Part shown: in pieces, positions 1 to 11,497 of the stretch
Layout of the letters: every line of letters begins with the position of its first letter
Position numbering within the stretch: the stretch's first letter is position 1
Virus record (IMG/VR): IMGVR_UViG_3300020202_000064
Span: 1 to 64,000 of that record
Source of the DNA: a virus
Length of the DNA: 64,000 nucleotides
Direction: 5' to 3' (one strand)
The notes under the pieces: generated by a model
Database searches by the model: none
What the model was told of the DNA's origin: nothing
What the model saw: the letters and a program-made list of their open reading frames with translations, nothing else
Position numbers and translations under genes: made by a program

Positions 1-626
1 GCCATAAAAATCTCAACGTTTGTGCGGCGCTTAAATGTAGCAAGGAATTCCTTATACAAATCTTCAAGTGCTTCGAATGCATCGTTACGACGCCTAAAAT
101 TTGAAATTAGAGTTCGATTCATTGTATTTTAGCGAGGTGCAATAAAAAAAAGAAGAGTGAATAGTGCAACGGTCGAAATAATAATCACTTGCTCCTTCAG
201 CGGCTCGAAACGCGCCCCATATTTTGGGGCATTTGTAGAAAGAAAACCGGGCATGTTATCAACACGTTGTAAAATTTCCTGAATATTGTTGGTCATACGA
301 TAAGTTTGCGTTATGGTCAATTATTGTCAAGGATTTTTCTGAAAAGTTTCAATTTCTGCTGCTACCCGTCTATATGCTTCGGCTTTACCAGCGTGATATC
401 CTGCGGCGAAACTCTTTGATTCAGCGATTTTTGCCAAATGTTGCTCACAATTTGCTGCCTTGATAGACCACCGTGGCCATGCCATAGGGACAAGTCCATA
501 GCCGTTACCGATACGTCTGGCGAAGAAAGACAAAATGGCGCGGGCCAATTTTGAATACCACGGGGCGGCATTAAGAGTGTGGACGAATTTTTCAATCGGT
601 TCGGGATTAAAGGGATTTTGCATACA

Positions 627-911
627 TTACTGCACGGGTACAAGTTTATATTCTCTGCCGTCAATTGTAATGCGGCGTTCCGGGGTTGATTCCTCGCTTC
701 TACGAGAGGGTTTAAAACCACCATGTTTTTGTTTAAGTTCGACGTAACGCGAATACTGCTCTATATCAAGCGCCTTTGGATTTTCATCCCCGATGCGTAG
801 TAGACGCGCATCTCGAACCTTCCCAACAGCGGGAATTATCATTGCAGCGAGAAGTCCAATGATAACCACGATTATCATAATTTCAACAAGGGTGAATGCT
901 TTGGTTTTCAT
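627..911 (-). CDS. Prepilin-type N-terminal methylation domain protein (pilin-like)
   Basis: Class III signal peptide KAFTLVEIMIIVVIIGLLAAMIIPAVGKVR with F+1/E+5. Confidence 0.85.
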   Translation of the reverse strand: MKTKAFTLVEIMIIVVIIGLLAAMIIPAVGKVRDARLLRIGDENPKALDIEQYSRYVELKQKHGGFKPSRRSEESTPERRITIDGREYKLVPVQ

Positions 912-912
912 T

Positions 913-1578
913 TTAGTGATGGTCTCTTGTTACAATCGGTTTCTTATCCATAATTATTTTGATGTCTTCCCAACTAAAAAACGGAGATTGGTTGTATGCA
1001 ATTGCATTGTCAAACCCAATATCGAGAATTTTACCAGTCGTGACACCCGTTGGGTTAAGTTCGTGCGCGTTGCCGTGACAATGCCCACAAAGACAAAAAC
1101 CACCGTCGCCCTGTTCTGGCCAGACATATTGTGGGTAATGCTGCATATATACACTTACGCCATCTATAAATGCATGGAGGTAATATCCGGTAAACGTGAT
1201 ATTTTGGTAATCAAGTGGGTAAAATTCCCCATTTATGGGGATAGACGCGGCATGAAGCGCGCTGGCATACGCCTGTTTCATTCCCGAAAGGTGATTCCCA
1301 TTCATAACGAAATGCTTTTTAGCTGGGAGAGACGCAAATCGGTTAAAGCGCTTTGAGTCGGCATCGTTAAAGGCCACGTCCCCCAAACAAAATACAATCG
1401 TTTCCTTATCGACATGCTTCTCCCATTGCGAGAAAAACCAGTCATCGTGTTCCGTTATGGAATTGAAACCCCTCGTTACATAGAGAGGGGTCCAACTCTT
1501 CGGTACGTGCCCCAAATGTGGGTCACTAAAAAAAAGTAGCTTTTGATTGCCACTTTTGAAATGATGCAGTTTTTGCAT
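913..1578 (-). CDS. Calcineurin-like metallophosphoesterase
   Basis: Motifs SDPHLGH, LGDV, GNH, GHCHG. Confidence 0.85.
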   Translation of the reverse strand: MQKLHHFKSGNQKLLFFSDPHLGHVPKSWTPLYVTRGFNSITEHDDWFFSQWEKHVDKETIVFCLGDVAFNDADSKRFNRFASLPAKKHFVMNGNHLSGMKQAYASALHAASIPINGEFYPLDYQNITFTGYYLHAFIDGVSVYMQHYPQYVWPEQGDGGFCLCGHCHGNAHELNPTGVTTGKILDIGFDNAIAYNQSPFFSWEDIKIIMDKKPIVTRDHH

Positions 1579-1814
1579 TACGCAATGTGCTTACTGATTC
1601 TTGGATTTGTCAAGAAATTTTGAGCACGCTAGCACCAAAACATAACCGGGCCAGAAAATCGCCCCAAGAACCACAAAAAACCACTCGGAAAACCCAAGTA
1701 TTTTTTTGAATTCCGTAGGATATCCATTGCTATCCAAATCGGGTGCAGCAAGTGACTGATAATGAAGCAGACCGAAAATAGGAATACCGATTACGTACAG
1801 GGATATCAGTAGAC

Positions 1815-2252
1815 TCATAGGTTGTTATCTGTCAGAATGACAGCAACTTCCTCCTGTGTTTTGATATGCACATCCTCTTCCTTTGTAAACTTACGCTTGA
1901 GATTTTGTAGTGCATCACCCAAGGTCTTAAGGGGTTTCTTGATGAATTTCTTCATCGTTGTATTTTGCTTCTTAGCCGCGCGAGTCACCCGGTCCAACGT
2001 TGTAAGTGGGTCCAAACCCTCTTTCAACTGCAATACCCATCCTGTAAGTTGTTGGCTTGGCGGCAATACCCCAGAACTATTATTCAATACGATTACATAT
2101 TGATTTTTAGTCTTGGGTACATGAGTTGCAGCGCGGTCATCCTTCTTTTCTTCCTCAAGCTTACGAAGCGCTTTTTCGGCTTCTTGCAGCTTTTGCGAAT
2201 CGACTCCGATATCGCGCAATTCCGCTATAACCTCGTCAATTTTAAGTGCCAT
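1815..2252 (-). CDS. Hypothetical phage protein
   Basis: ORF in tightly packed minus-strand operon. Confidence 0.6.
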   Translation of the reverse strand: MALKIDEVIAELRDIGVDSQKLQEAEKALRKLEEEKKDDRAATHVPKTKNQYVIVLNNSSGVLPPSQQLTGWVLQLKEGLDPLTTLDRVTRAAKKQNTTMKKFIKKPLKTLGDALQNLKRKFTKEEDVHIKTQEEVAVILTDNNL

Positions 2253-2259
2253 ATAATTA

Positions 2260-2805
2260 TTATTTAAACAGTTGGAATTGTGGCGTACCCTTCTTATCTT
2301 CTGTCTTCTCGCCTTCCTTTGGAGGATGGATATCGAACTTCAACTTATGAAGTTCCCCAATAACCCCAACGATACTCTTACGCAGGCGGTCAATTTCCTT
2401 GGCAACCGTCTCTTGTGCCTCCTTAGTCTCAGCAACGCAGAGTTCATGCCATCGAGCGACAAGGAACGCAAAGACTTCAGTCGAATTCAAGCGGGCATAT
2501 GTGCTATAACCCGAAAATTCTTCTTCGACCTTTTTAATCGCCTCGGACGCTGCCTTGATGTTCGGAGTGAGTGGCTTAATGTTAGCATCGAGATTCTGAT
2601 TCTCTGCCGCCTTAAGCGTAAGATTACCGTCAGACGCTTCAGTGACTTCTCCCTTATCATTTACCGTCTTTACCTGCATTAGCTGATAAAAGCAGTATAC
2701 CCAATCACCAACCTGAACCTTGCTAGGTGAAGGCTTGGTATTGGCGTCAAATGCAACTACATTTGTAGCCGACTCTTCTTGATTTGTTTTCTTCTTGTTA
2801 CCCAT
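2260..2805 (-). CDS. Hypothetical phage protein
   Basis: ORF in tightly packed minus-strand operon. Confidence 0.6.
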   Translation of the reverse strand: MGNKKKTNQEESATNVVAFDANTKPSPSKVQVGDWVYCFYQLMQVKTVNDKGEVTEASDGNLTLKAAENQNLDANIKPLTPNIKAASEAIKKVEEEFSGYSTYARLNSTEVFAFLVARWHELCVAETKEAQETVAKEIDRLRKSIVGVIGELHKLKFDIHPPKEGEKTEDKKGTPQFQLFK

Positions 2806-5150
2806 ATTATTTTGTTCCTGTTACAGATTTTTGTAGATTGTTAGCTGTCTCCATCCACTTCATGAATGATGCACGTTGCCCGCGAGGAGTTTTGTTCCAA
2901 GCAATCTTTGTGCGATTATAAACTTGATTTATAACCCTTGGGTTGACTTGGCCCTTAAATTGTGAAGTGACCAACTTACGAAGTTTCTTTGATACTTTTT
3001 GTCTCATAAATTATTTAAATTGTATATTGAATTTTCAAGTTCGAAAAACACATGAATTCCCAATACTTTATCGTCGATAATAACGTATGGAGCGTTTGGA
3101 TAATAGGTTCGAACGATTGCCGCGACTTTCTCCGCATCTTTCTTAGTGGGGCGACGGACACTTTTAATAGCAAAGCCAAGTTCAATATTGGCAATACCTT
3201 TATCATCAATTGTCCATTTACAATTTAGCTTTTTCAGCCGCGTTTCCAGTGCGGGCGGCAATTTACCTTTTATTGTGTCTTCCATGTTCCTTCCTTATTC
3301 TTCACCAGTTCCAAATCCGTACCAATCCTATCCAATATAATAAGCTTAAAACCGCCAGTCGGCAAGATTTCTACAGAGATGACTTCTTCATTAGCGCCCC
3401 TTATCTCCACAATAGAATTGCTTTTAATACGCCAACGATTCTCTACCGTGAAGTTAGGTGAGTTAAACCCTTGATATAGCGCAATTTGGATATTGTTTTG
3501 GCTCATGATTCGCGGCGATATTCCAACCCATTAAATCCAACCAAACGGCGAATTGCGCTTTTATGGAAACGGGTTTCACCTCTAAACAGACCAGAGTAGG
3601 GTTTCACATCTACGTAATTCTTCGTCACCTTCTTTACCTTACCAGAGAAGATATACGCTTTGGACATCCGCTTATTTTTGACCTCAAAGCCCAAAAACTG
3701 CCCCTTTGTGTAATTTAGGAATTCATTTAGCTGGTTTATATTTGTGTTCATCTTCATTTAATATTAGTATCTCGTTAATATGTAACTTTGTCAGTGGCGT
3801 CAAGTTATTTTTTGCATTAACTACCAAATCGGAGGTTAATCGAAACTTGAGATTCCTGATAAACATATCAATCTTTTCGCCGTAAACCTGCTCAATAAAA
3901 ATGGAAGCCTCCCATGTAAGAAGTTGGTCTTCTGAAGTGGGCACCATACTCCGACCGGATAGACGGGGCATGCGAGGGGATTTGAAGCTAAATGACGTAT
4001 ATTCGCCGAACTCCCCGGCATCCTCTTCCTTCCAATCGAATACCCACCCTAGCGGTTCAAACTTATTCTTGAACCACTTTAAACGGTCTGCGGGGAGCAT
4101 CTGTTCTGATATCATCGGTCAAATACACTTCTACTGTCAATTTAAGGTCTGTGGGAAGGGGAATTTTGTCGCGTTCGAGTTTATCTAAGTCATTACAAAC
4201 ATCGTAATATACTTCCATCAATTGTTGTTTCAATCGTTCTTTAACTGCTCGGCTGGCTGGGGGATTATCCCACTTTCGCGGCTGTGCTACCGGGGTTGAA
4301 AAACCCTGTTCGGACGTATTCCCGAACACGTGCTCGGAGCCGTTTGAAGGTTTTTTCAATTCGCTGTTGTTCTGCGGGGCTTCGTTTGGATTCATTGTAA
4401 TTAATTTCGCCTATTGAATCTAGTATATAAGGTTTAAAATAGGAGTAATCATAAGGTTCCCATATAAACTGATTTTTAAATTTATACTTCTTTGGTCGCT
4501 TAATATCCTTTACAGCCATCAAAAAGTTAGCGCGTTTAGTCGATATTCGTATTGGTATGCCGAAAATTCGCGGCTTTTCATGGCCCATATTGGGGTGATA
4601 AGTTTGAAACTTTGGGTCAATCTTTAAATGCAACCATGTACGCCAACCTAAAGTGATATGTTTGGGCCATTTGCCAGTATCACGCATGCATGATATGCGC
4701 AAATACTCAATTCTTTCGATTAGATTCATTTCATCAACTTTAACCGCGCATCAAGCATGTCGTCGATTTCACACTTTATCATAGTGCGCTCGTAGCGGTC
4801 GTTCTCACGAAGGAGTCGCACGCGCAGACCCTCCAACTTCTTGTCGATTTCGGGAATAGTCATAGGTTTTACCTTTTTAACTGATTCGGTTACTGGTGTG
4901 CTAGGCGTGTTATCTTCACTCATATTAATATAAAAATTAATCCAACCGCAATGGCAATTAGCAGAATTCCCACCCATTCTTCATACGGGTCAGGCATAAA
5001 TGTATTATCCTCGTCGTTATAATAGCTCATTCGGAATTAATCTTTTTTTGATTGGAGAGCGAGATAGAAAAGCCAAGCGAGAATCACCCCAATGACGATG
5101 ATGATATTCAAGATGATATACATATCTACAAGCTGTGACATTCGCTTATA

Positions 5151-6233
5151 TTATTTCTTTAGAAGTTGATAAATTAATTTAACCAAATCTTCGGAACCAA
5201 GCGGCTTAAAGTCAAGCATTTTAAATGCAAAACTAGCACGGTTTGTCTGCCCGTAAGCCTGCAAGATGACGGCAGCGGCGTCTTTACGCGCCATATTGCG
5301 CAATGGTTCAACTTTTTCTCGCATCGCCTGTATCAAAGCCGCCATTTCCTTTGAGGCATCACAAATCTGTGAAGCATAGCTGCGCACCATGCTAAAACAT
5401 TCATAATCAAATGCTTCTGTAAGTTTTTTCTCGAAAGTCTGGTAGTCGGGCTGACCGTATGCAAAATATAAATCGATTGTATTTTCGAGCGTGGCATGTT
5501 CCTTGAAACGGTGGAGCGAAAGATAGGCGGAACCCTTTAGTTTTACCCGGTTTTGATTGTTGTTATAGGATAAAACGTAACCCTCTCGGTCTCGTAAAAT
5601 TGCACAGTTTGAAACAATGTCTTCAATCGTGTCAAAAGTATATCGTTCGGGGCGTCGAATTCCAATCTTTTCTGCAATTATGTCAACTTCCGCATGAGTC
5701 AGAATCCGATAGGTTTCGTTTTCAATGACACCGATTAACACAAATTCGACAATAGAATGTCGCAGAACAATAACATTCGTCGGAGACAAATACTCGAAAA
5801 GTAGTGTGTACCCCTCGCCGTTCACCCATTCATTATCTGTAATAGCGGGATGTTGACTAAGATAATCTGCAATCTCATGAGACGATTCCATACCCTCAAA
5901 ACCAATTGAGCCGCGAGTACGAATAATATGTTCGCCGTTATATCGGGATACGCAAATTAAAGAACCGTCTTCCTTATTATCTACGACCCAATCTTTGAAC
6001 GTCTTAGGGTCTGGATATAATTCAGGATGCTCGCCTAGATTGTAAAATTTGGGCCAGCCACAATTAATCGGTGCACCTGACGAGTTTACCATTACGGAAC
6101 GCAGAAACATGTTGTCCTTGTTCCATTTCGTCGTAATATTCTTGGCGCAAACAAGATGGCACAATTCACCCCCAATATCGCGAGGAACGATATTAAACTG
6201 TTCGGGGTCAATTATTTTTATGTCTATTTTCAT
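5151..6233 (-). CDS. RNA ligase 1 (T4 Rnl1-like)
   Basis: GWPKFYN, motif I KEDGSL, TLLFEYLSPTN, EGYV, VKLKG. Confidence 0.88.
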   Translation of the reverse strand: MKIDIKIIDPEQFNIVPRDIGGELCHLVCAKNITTKWNKDNMFLRSVMVNSSGAPINCGWPKFYNLGEHPELYPDPKTFKDWVVDNKEDGSLICVSRYNGEHIIRTRGSIGFEGMESSHEIADYLSQHPAITDNEWVNGEGYTLLFEYLSPTNVIVLRHSIVEFVLIGVIENETYRILTHAEVDIIAEKIGIRRPERYTFDTIEDIVSNCAILRDREGYVLSYNNNQNRVKLKGSAYLSLHRFKEHATLENTIDLYFAYGQPDYQTFEKKLTEAFDYECFSMVRSYASQICDASKEMAALIQAMREKVEPLRNMARKDAAAVILQAYGQTNRASFAFKMLDFKPLGSEDLVKLIYQLLKK

Positions 6234-6591
6234 TTTGCGCCAAAATCTTTCTAGCTTCTTTACCCTTTGTCAAACCCTTTCTCCATTTTTGATAAATTCC
6301 CCTTCTTTTCAATGTTCTCTTAATGAGATATGCGCTAACTGATATGTATTTCATTCTTTTAATCTTTCGTTTTACCAGCTATCCCAAGAATCAATGCGAA
6401 AAATTTCGTAAATTACTGTTTTCAACTTATTTAACTCGACCTGCATTTCTTCGCTCGAATTGCTTCCGGGCCAAGTGCTAAAATGCGCGCCAACATTGAA
6501 AATGTGATATTTCTCATGAAGAAGTTTTTCAATTTCTTCGTAGGCAAGTTGTGCGCGCCCTTCATTATTTCCCGGACCTTGTACTGGCATG

Positions 6592-7227
6592 TTATTTCCT
6601 TTCGCTTAAATCCAAGAAATCACAATCGTTCACTCGGGCGCTCATATTATCCGAAAGATGGAGAATCCATGCCTCGCGCGACTTGGGGAAAACCGGTGAC
6701 CCATAATCGCCATGATGGGCCAAAATACAATGAAGAACTTCGTCATGTATATCGTGGCAGATATCAAGCATAGTAACAGCCCTAGTCCATTCAACAGCCG
6801 AACGACAAAGATGGTTTACCCTGCGTTTATGCGGGGTTTCCTGCCAACCCGTCGCCTCTGTTATCACGTCTTCTTTCGAATACAGAATTGGTGCATAGTC
6901 CCAAATCTTGCCATAGTCATGCCAGACAGCCGAGGTAAACAACACTTGTTTATTGATTTTATAACCCCAAGCCCCAAAAGCTTGGGCGTTTCGCATGCAT
7001 AACAACATCACTTCACGAGTATGTAGTGCCAAGCCACCTTTGCCGAAGTGGTGTTTATTGGCGGATACGCTTCCAGTACAGACAGCAAAATAAGGATTAT
7101 CCAACACAATCGAACAAATTCGCGCAATATCCTCATTTAAAGCGGGATTATGCTGCGCGGCATGTCGCATATGAAGGATGGGGTCGGCCATCTGTTCATT
7201 ATTTAGAAATTCGAGTGCTTTAATCAT
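6592..7227 (-). CDS. HD-domain hydrolase (YhaM-like)
   Basis: HHFGKGGLALHT, HDYGK, HCILAHHG, LHLSD. Confidence 0.8.
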   Translation of the reverse strand: MIKALEFLNNEQMADPILHMRHAAQHNPALNEDIARICSIVLDNPYFAVCTGSVSANKHHFGKGGLALHTREVMLLCMRNAQAFGAWGYKINKQVLFTSAVWHDYGKIWDYAPILYSKEDVITEATGWQETPHKRRVNHLCRSAVEWTRAVTMLDICHDIHDEVLHCILAHHGDYGSPVFPKSREAWILHLSDNMSARVNDCDFLDLSERK

Positions 7228-7228
7228 A

Positions 7229-7657
7229 TTACCACTCCACTCTAAATTCTACCTCTCGATTCGGCCCCTCGCCAAATTCCGACAGATACATTTCGATAAT
7301 TTCGTTTACCCAAGGTTCGTTTTTATCACTTTTTGAATCATTGTCGATTGTAAATACTGAACCATTATGCACTCCATATGCTTCAAGGAGCCAATGCCAG
7401 AAGTCTTGATAGGGTAATTCCTTAACGATACCCGTGGCCAAGTCTAACCTATACTCTGCAAACCAAATTGTTGACTCACCCCTCTTCTTTCCTGATGGGT
7501 CTATTTCGCCATATCCCTTCTTATCACACCATTCGAAGAATTGCGAATGTGATTTTGCATAGTCGCGAGTTCTAATCTTGTATTTACTTTCTATATAACG
7601 CGTACAATCACTATAATCATAAATTGGTTTACGTATAACTTTCGTTGGTTTGTTCAT
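7229..7657 (-). CDS. Hypothetical phage protein
   Basis: ORF coupled to neighbours by overlapping stop/start. Confidence 0.6.
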   Translation of the reverse strand: MNKPTKVIRKPIYDYSDCTRYIESKYKIRTRDYAKSHSQFFEWCDKKGYGEIDPSGKKRGESTIWFAEYRLDLATGIVKELPYQDFWHWLLEAYGVHNGSVFTIDNDSKSDKNEPWVNEIIEMYLSEFGEGPNREVEFRVEW

Positions 7658-8115
7658 GGAATAAGGATAGATTTTACAATGTGAAGCCCCTCGTCAAGAT
7701 TATTGACGCGGAACGCACAAAGCTGCCGAAGAAACATATGCTCATGTGGGTTCCCGCTATCCTCCATAACAAGAACGATTGGAATGCGCTGCGAATCTGC
7801 CCAACCAATTTCAATGATAGTGCCAATAGAAATGGCCTTGGCGCCGAGAAGATAGACGAGTAGAACATCGCAAGTTGTAGCATCGTATCTATCGCGGCAT
7901 ACAACAGCCCCGTCCCGACTCATGGGAAACTGATTGTAGTTCGTATCAGAGGCATCAATCGCCGTTTCATTCTTCAGATATGGCTTGGCGCGCATGGGGG
8001 AGAACCCATTGAGACCGCATGCCGCCAATTTTTCCTTTGCATACTCGCGCCAAGTTGTTGCGCCATCGTAGTTTAATCCTTTAATCGGACCTGCCAAATA
8101 AACTTTATTTTTCAT
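7654..8115 (-). CDS. Nucleoside 2-deoxyribosyltransferase-like protein
   Basis: KVYLAGPI, RD, SIGTIIEIGWA. Confidence 0.8.
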   Translation of the reverse strand: MKNKVYLAGPIKGLNYDGATTWREYAKEKLAACGLNGFSPMRAKPYLKNETAIDASDTNYNQFPMSRDGAVVCRDRYDATTCDVLLVYLLGAKAISIGTIIEIGWADSQRIPIVLVMEDSGNPHEHMFLRQLCAFRVNNLDEGLHIVKSILIP

Positions 8116-9023
8116 ATTTTAAAAGGAATGGGGGTTGGATACTTAAAACCAGTGGGGTGCAACCGAGTATAAACCGTTCCGCCATTTTCGCCATTTTTCT
8201 GCAAAGGATATGGACACGTTCTTACACCAGAGTAGTCTAAAAGTTTGAGTGGCCCACTGTCTCGGTATAATTCTCCATAATATAAATACTTAAAACCCGA
8301 ATTTATAATGAGTTTGGCGCACGTAAGACATGGAGAATGAGTTAAAAACATTACCTTTTCTTTATCATCGGGAACAGCTTTTAACAGAGCGTTCATTTCG
8401 GCATGAATACAGCCGCATTTACCGGGGGTAGAGCTATCACAATCGTTGGCCAGTCCTTTGGCGTTACCATTGTAACCAAATCCATAAATTTGGTCCAATC
8501 TCTTATTTGCTATCAGCGCGCCAACCTTCAAACGTCTACAATGACTATTTTCGGCTACTGTATAAGCGAAAATCATATAATTCCAGAACCACGGAGCGCC
8601 CGTAAAACCGTCAATCTTTTCTCCGCGTTCCACGGCTTTATGGCACCGAGTATGTAAATCTTTATCTATTACAAGAAGATTGAGGGGGTGATTGTTTAGA
8701 GGGTTTCCGTCCTTATGGTGAACGATTTCATTCTCTTTAAGATTTATCCCCATTTCATTTTCTACAATCCAACGATGCTCTAAATATGTTTTATCATTAA
8801 CTCTGACTTTCCATACTGCATGTCCATCGGGTGATGTTGTTTCGGCAAATCGTACAACCCCACCAGAATTTATCAAATCTTTTCGACGTGGAATGTTGTA
8901 TTCTTCCATCCATTTATAAATCGTCGATTCGGCGACACCATATGTAGTAGATAAATCTTTAATACTTGGCATCTTTTCACCCCAATACGCTCCAAAAAGC
9001 TCGTCTTTTCCCGGTATATTCAT
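8112..9023 (-). CDS. HTH-HNH endonuclease fused to dCMP deaminase
   Basis: HRW...VHHKDGNPLNNHPLNL followed by VGALI, GYNG, HAEMNAL, SPCLTC. Confidence 0.8.
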   Translation of the reverse strand: MNIPGKDELFGAYWGEKMPSIKDLSTTYGVAESTIYKWMEEYNIPRRKDLINSGGVVRFAETTSPDGHAVWKVRVNDKTYLEHRWIVENEMGINLKENEIVHHKDGNPLNNHPLNLLVIDKDLHTRCHKAVERGEKIDGFTGAPWFWNYMIFAYTVAENSHCRRLKVGALIANKRLDQIYGFGYNGNAKGLANDCDSSTPGKCGCIHAEMNALLKAVPDDKEKVMFLTHSPCLTCAKLIINSGFKYLYYGELYRDSGPLKLLDYSGVRTCPYPLQKNGENGGTVYTRLHPTGFKYPTPIPFKI

Positions 9024-9299
9024 TCTTTTAAAAATCGTTTTAGAAGTTGATATTTGGGATGATTTCTATCAACTGATATTTCCACCACACGAAATATCTC
9101 TATGATATCTTCCAGCGTCTTTACCTTGTCCCAGTCTATATAAGCCCAATTTGGGGTGGTGATTTTCCACGCGCTCTCGCAGCTTGGTTCACATTCAGAA
9201 CCTTCAATATTTTTACCACATTTCCAGCAACTCATAATAATGAGGAATCATCCTATTACAGATGATTCCCCACAACTAACAACCAATGAACCCCAAATC

Positions 9300-10676
9300 T
9301 TAGCGTCGTGGCGCTACGCCTGTGGTAGCATTCGACGAAGATATATTAAGCAATCCTGATGCTTCAAGCAAGCGCAAATTCACAAGATTATCTGTGAGAC
9401 TTGAGCCGCCCTTTTCGGTGCTGCCAGCGGTGATAACAAACTGCGGCACACCAATCTTGGAAAGCTTATCTGCAACATTGACATCACGATTAGCCGCGAT
9501 TTCAGCCAGTACACGGTCGCGCTCAGAGATAGCGCCCGCCAATACAAGTCGCTCCTTTTCAGCGTTTGCACGTGTAATAATAGCCTTGGCATCTTCCTCG
9601 GCGGTCTGACGTGCGAGTCGCGCCACTTCAAGATTACGATTAGCTTCGGTTTCAGCCTTTTGCTTTTCGAGTCGTGCGACCTCCAATTCGCGCGTTGCAT
9701 TCGTTTCGGCAACAGCCTTTTCCTGATTAGCCTTCAACTCGGCTACTTCCTTTTGCTTTTGTGCTTCGATAACGGCTGCGGCCTTTTCCTTATTAGCCTT
9801 TGCTTCGAATTCGGCCTTTTCGCGCAAACCCTGTTCTACAATCATGAGACGCTGTTGAGTTTCCTGTTCGCGCTGTGCCTTTGCAGATTCAGCCTTAAGG
9901 AATGAATCCTTCTTCTGAGCGAATTGCTTTCGGGTCTGTTCGTCATAATCAGTTTCGGTAATGGAAAACTGCGTGACGCCAATACCAAATGAGACATAGG
10001 GCGATACTTGTGAAACCTTCACCTTGTCGTCCTTATCTAATACGACTTCAGTGGCGAATACACGAATACCATTACCCTTTTCGTCCTTTTGGTCATCAAG
10101 AACGCGTTCGACGCGACGCATTTCATAAAGGCCCAAATTCAATTGTTCGGTTGCAACCTGATTGAATTCACCCTTGCGCGAAGACTGGTGCTCCGACGCT
10201 GACATAAGCGGACCGGTTGCCTTGAGCACATTTGAGATATGTCCCCAAACAGCACTCTTTACATTATCTTCATTACCACCAAACAAACGATGGAAGTGAC
10301 GCTTTTGTTCCTTTGTGGGCGGCGTTGCGATACGAATCATAACATCCATATCGGCAGTGCCACCGTCATTAAAGGTGACGCGTGTCGATTCGTCAGTTGG
10401 TGAATCCTTGGTCTTTTCCTTCGTAAATTCAAATTGATAATTACGTGGATAAGTCCACACACTGCCAAACCACTTCATATAGTAACCGGGACCATCAACA
10501 ACCTCAACTGTACCCCAAGGATATTGGAGAACCTGCCAATTTTGGTCATCATTTTTTCCGACCAGACCGAAGAAACTGGAAATAGCTACAATAATAGCCA
10601 AACCAATTGCTCCCCATTTAATGATTCCCTTAATTGGGAACGCGTTAGACGACGTATCGTTTTGTGTATACTTCAT
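9300..10676 (-). CDS. SPFH/band-7 (flotillin-like) membrane protein
   Basis: N-terminal TM helix, band-7 core, AE-rich coiled coil. Confidence 0.8.
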   Translation of the reverse strand: MKYTQNDTSSNAFPIKGIIKWGAIGLAIIVAISSFFGLVGKNDDQNWQVLQYPWGTVEVVDGPGYYMKWFGSVWTYPRNYQFEFTKEKTKDSPTDESTRVTFNDGGTADMDVMIRIATPPTKEQKRHFHRLFGGNEDNVKSAVWGHISNVLKATGPLMSASEHQSSRKGEFNQVATEQLNLGLYEMRRVERVLDDQKDEKGNGIRVFATEVVLDKDDKVKVSQVSPYVSFGIGVTQFSITETDYDEQTRKQFAQKKDSFLKAESAKAQREQETQQRLMIVEQGLREKAEFEAKANKEKAAAVIEAQKQKEVAELKANQEKAVAETNATRELEVARLEKQKAETEANRNLEVARLARQTAEEDAKAIITRANAEKERLVLAGAISERDRVLAEIAANRDVNVADKLSKIGVPQFVITAGSTEKGGSSLTDNLVNLRLLEASGLLNISSSNATTGVAPRR

Positions 10677-10970
10677 ATTTGATTATATTATAAGGTTTAC
10701 CGACTATTAAATCTTAACCTTTTCAAGTTCTTTTTGCTGTTCTTCCAGATATTTCTTCTGCCGTTCGGCGATATCTTTGAGAGATGCCTCGCGTTTTTCA
10801 AGATAAGCCTTTTCGTTTTTAATTATCTGTGCGTTAACCTCATCTGACCCTAGAAGCCAATTGAGAAAATTATCAAATCTCTTCGATTTGAAGAACCAGA
10901 TAACGAGTGCCAGTAAAATGGCGAGAATAATAAGTATTTCGAGTCTATTCATAGAATTTAGGGGGGGGTG

Positions 10971-11000
10971 AAGATAGGGTTATTTCCCATGTTCCGTCAA
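10971..11000 (-). promoter_or_regulatory. Sigma70-like promoter
   Basis: TTGACG-18 nt-TATCTT upstream of ORF 10707-10952; CTTGAC(G/A) recurs in several intergenic gaps. Confidence 0.45.
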
Positions 11001-11009
11001 GAACTTTAT

Positions 11010-11492
11010 TTAAATGTATGTGATGCCGCGCGCAAATTTGAAAATTTGGTCATGGTGGTCGAACGCCAAAGATATTTGGTTATCAACAAGTTCTCGAAGA
11101 CTAAACCATCGAATTTCGGTGGCGTCACTTTGCGCCTTCGGACTGACAAATTGCATATCCCACAACGTCAAAACATAAACGATGGATATCGTGCGCCCGC
11201 GAGGGTCGCGCCCCGGTGCATCCTGAATCGTCAGGAAAGAAAAGGTTGTTTTGAGATTTGGGTCGTAAATATCAATTCCCGTTTCTTCTTTTAATTCTCG
11301 TGCGGCGGCAGCACGTAGAGACACATCTTGTATTTCGTCATGATGTGCTTCCGAATTGAAGAAGCCACCCGGAATAGCCCACATACCCTTGAACGGTTCA
11401 TTCGCCCGCTTAATAAGCAGGATACGGTCGCCACGCCTATCATATACAATGATATCTGCGGTGATATTTGCCCTCGGATATTCAGATTTCAT
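11010..11492 (-). CDS. NUDIX hydrolase (ADP-ribose pyrophosphatase-like)
   Basis: WAIPGGF, AAARELKEETG, RDPRGRTIS, LAFDH. Confidence 0.9.
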   Translation of the reverse strand: MKSEYPRANITADIIVYDRRGDRILLIKRANEPFKGMWAIPGGFFNSEAHHDEIQDVSLRAAAARELKEETGIDIYDPNLKTTFSFLTIQDAPGRDPRGRTISIVYVLTLWDMQFVSPKAQSDATEIRWFSLRELVDNQISLAFDHHDQIFKFARGITYI

Positions 11493-11497
11493 GTGGA

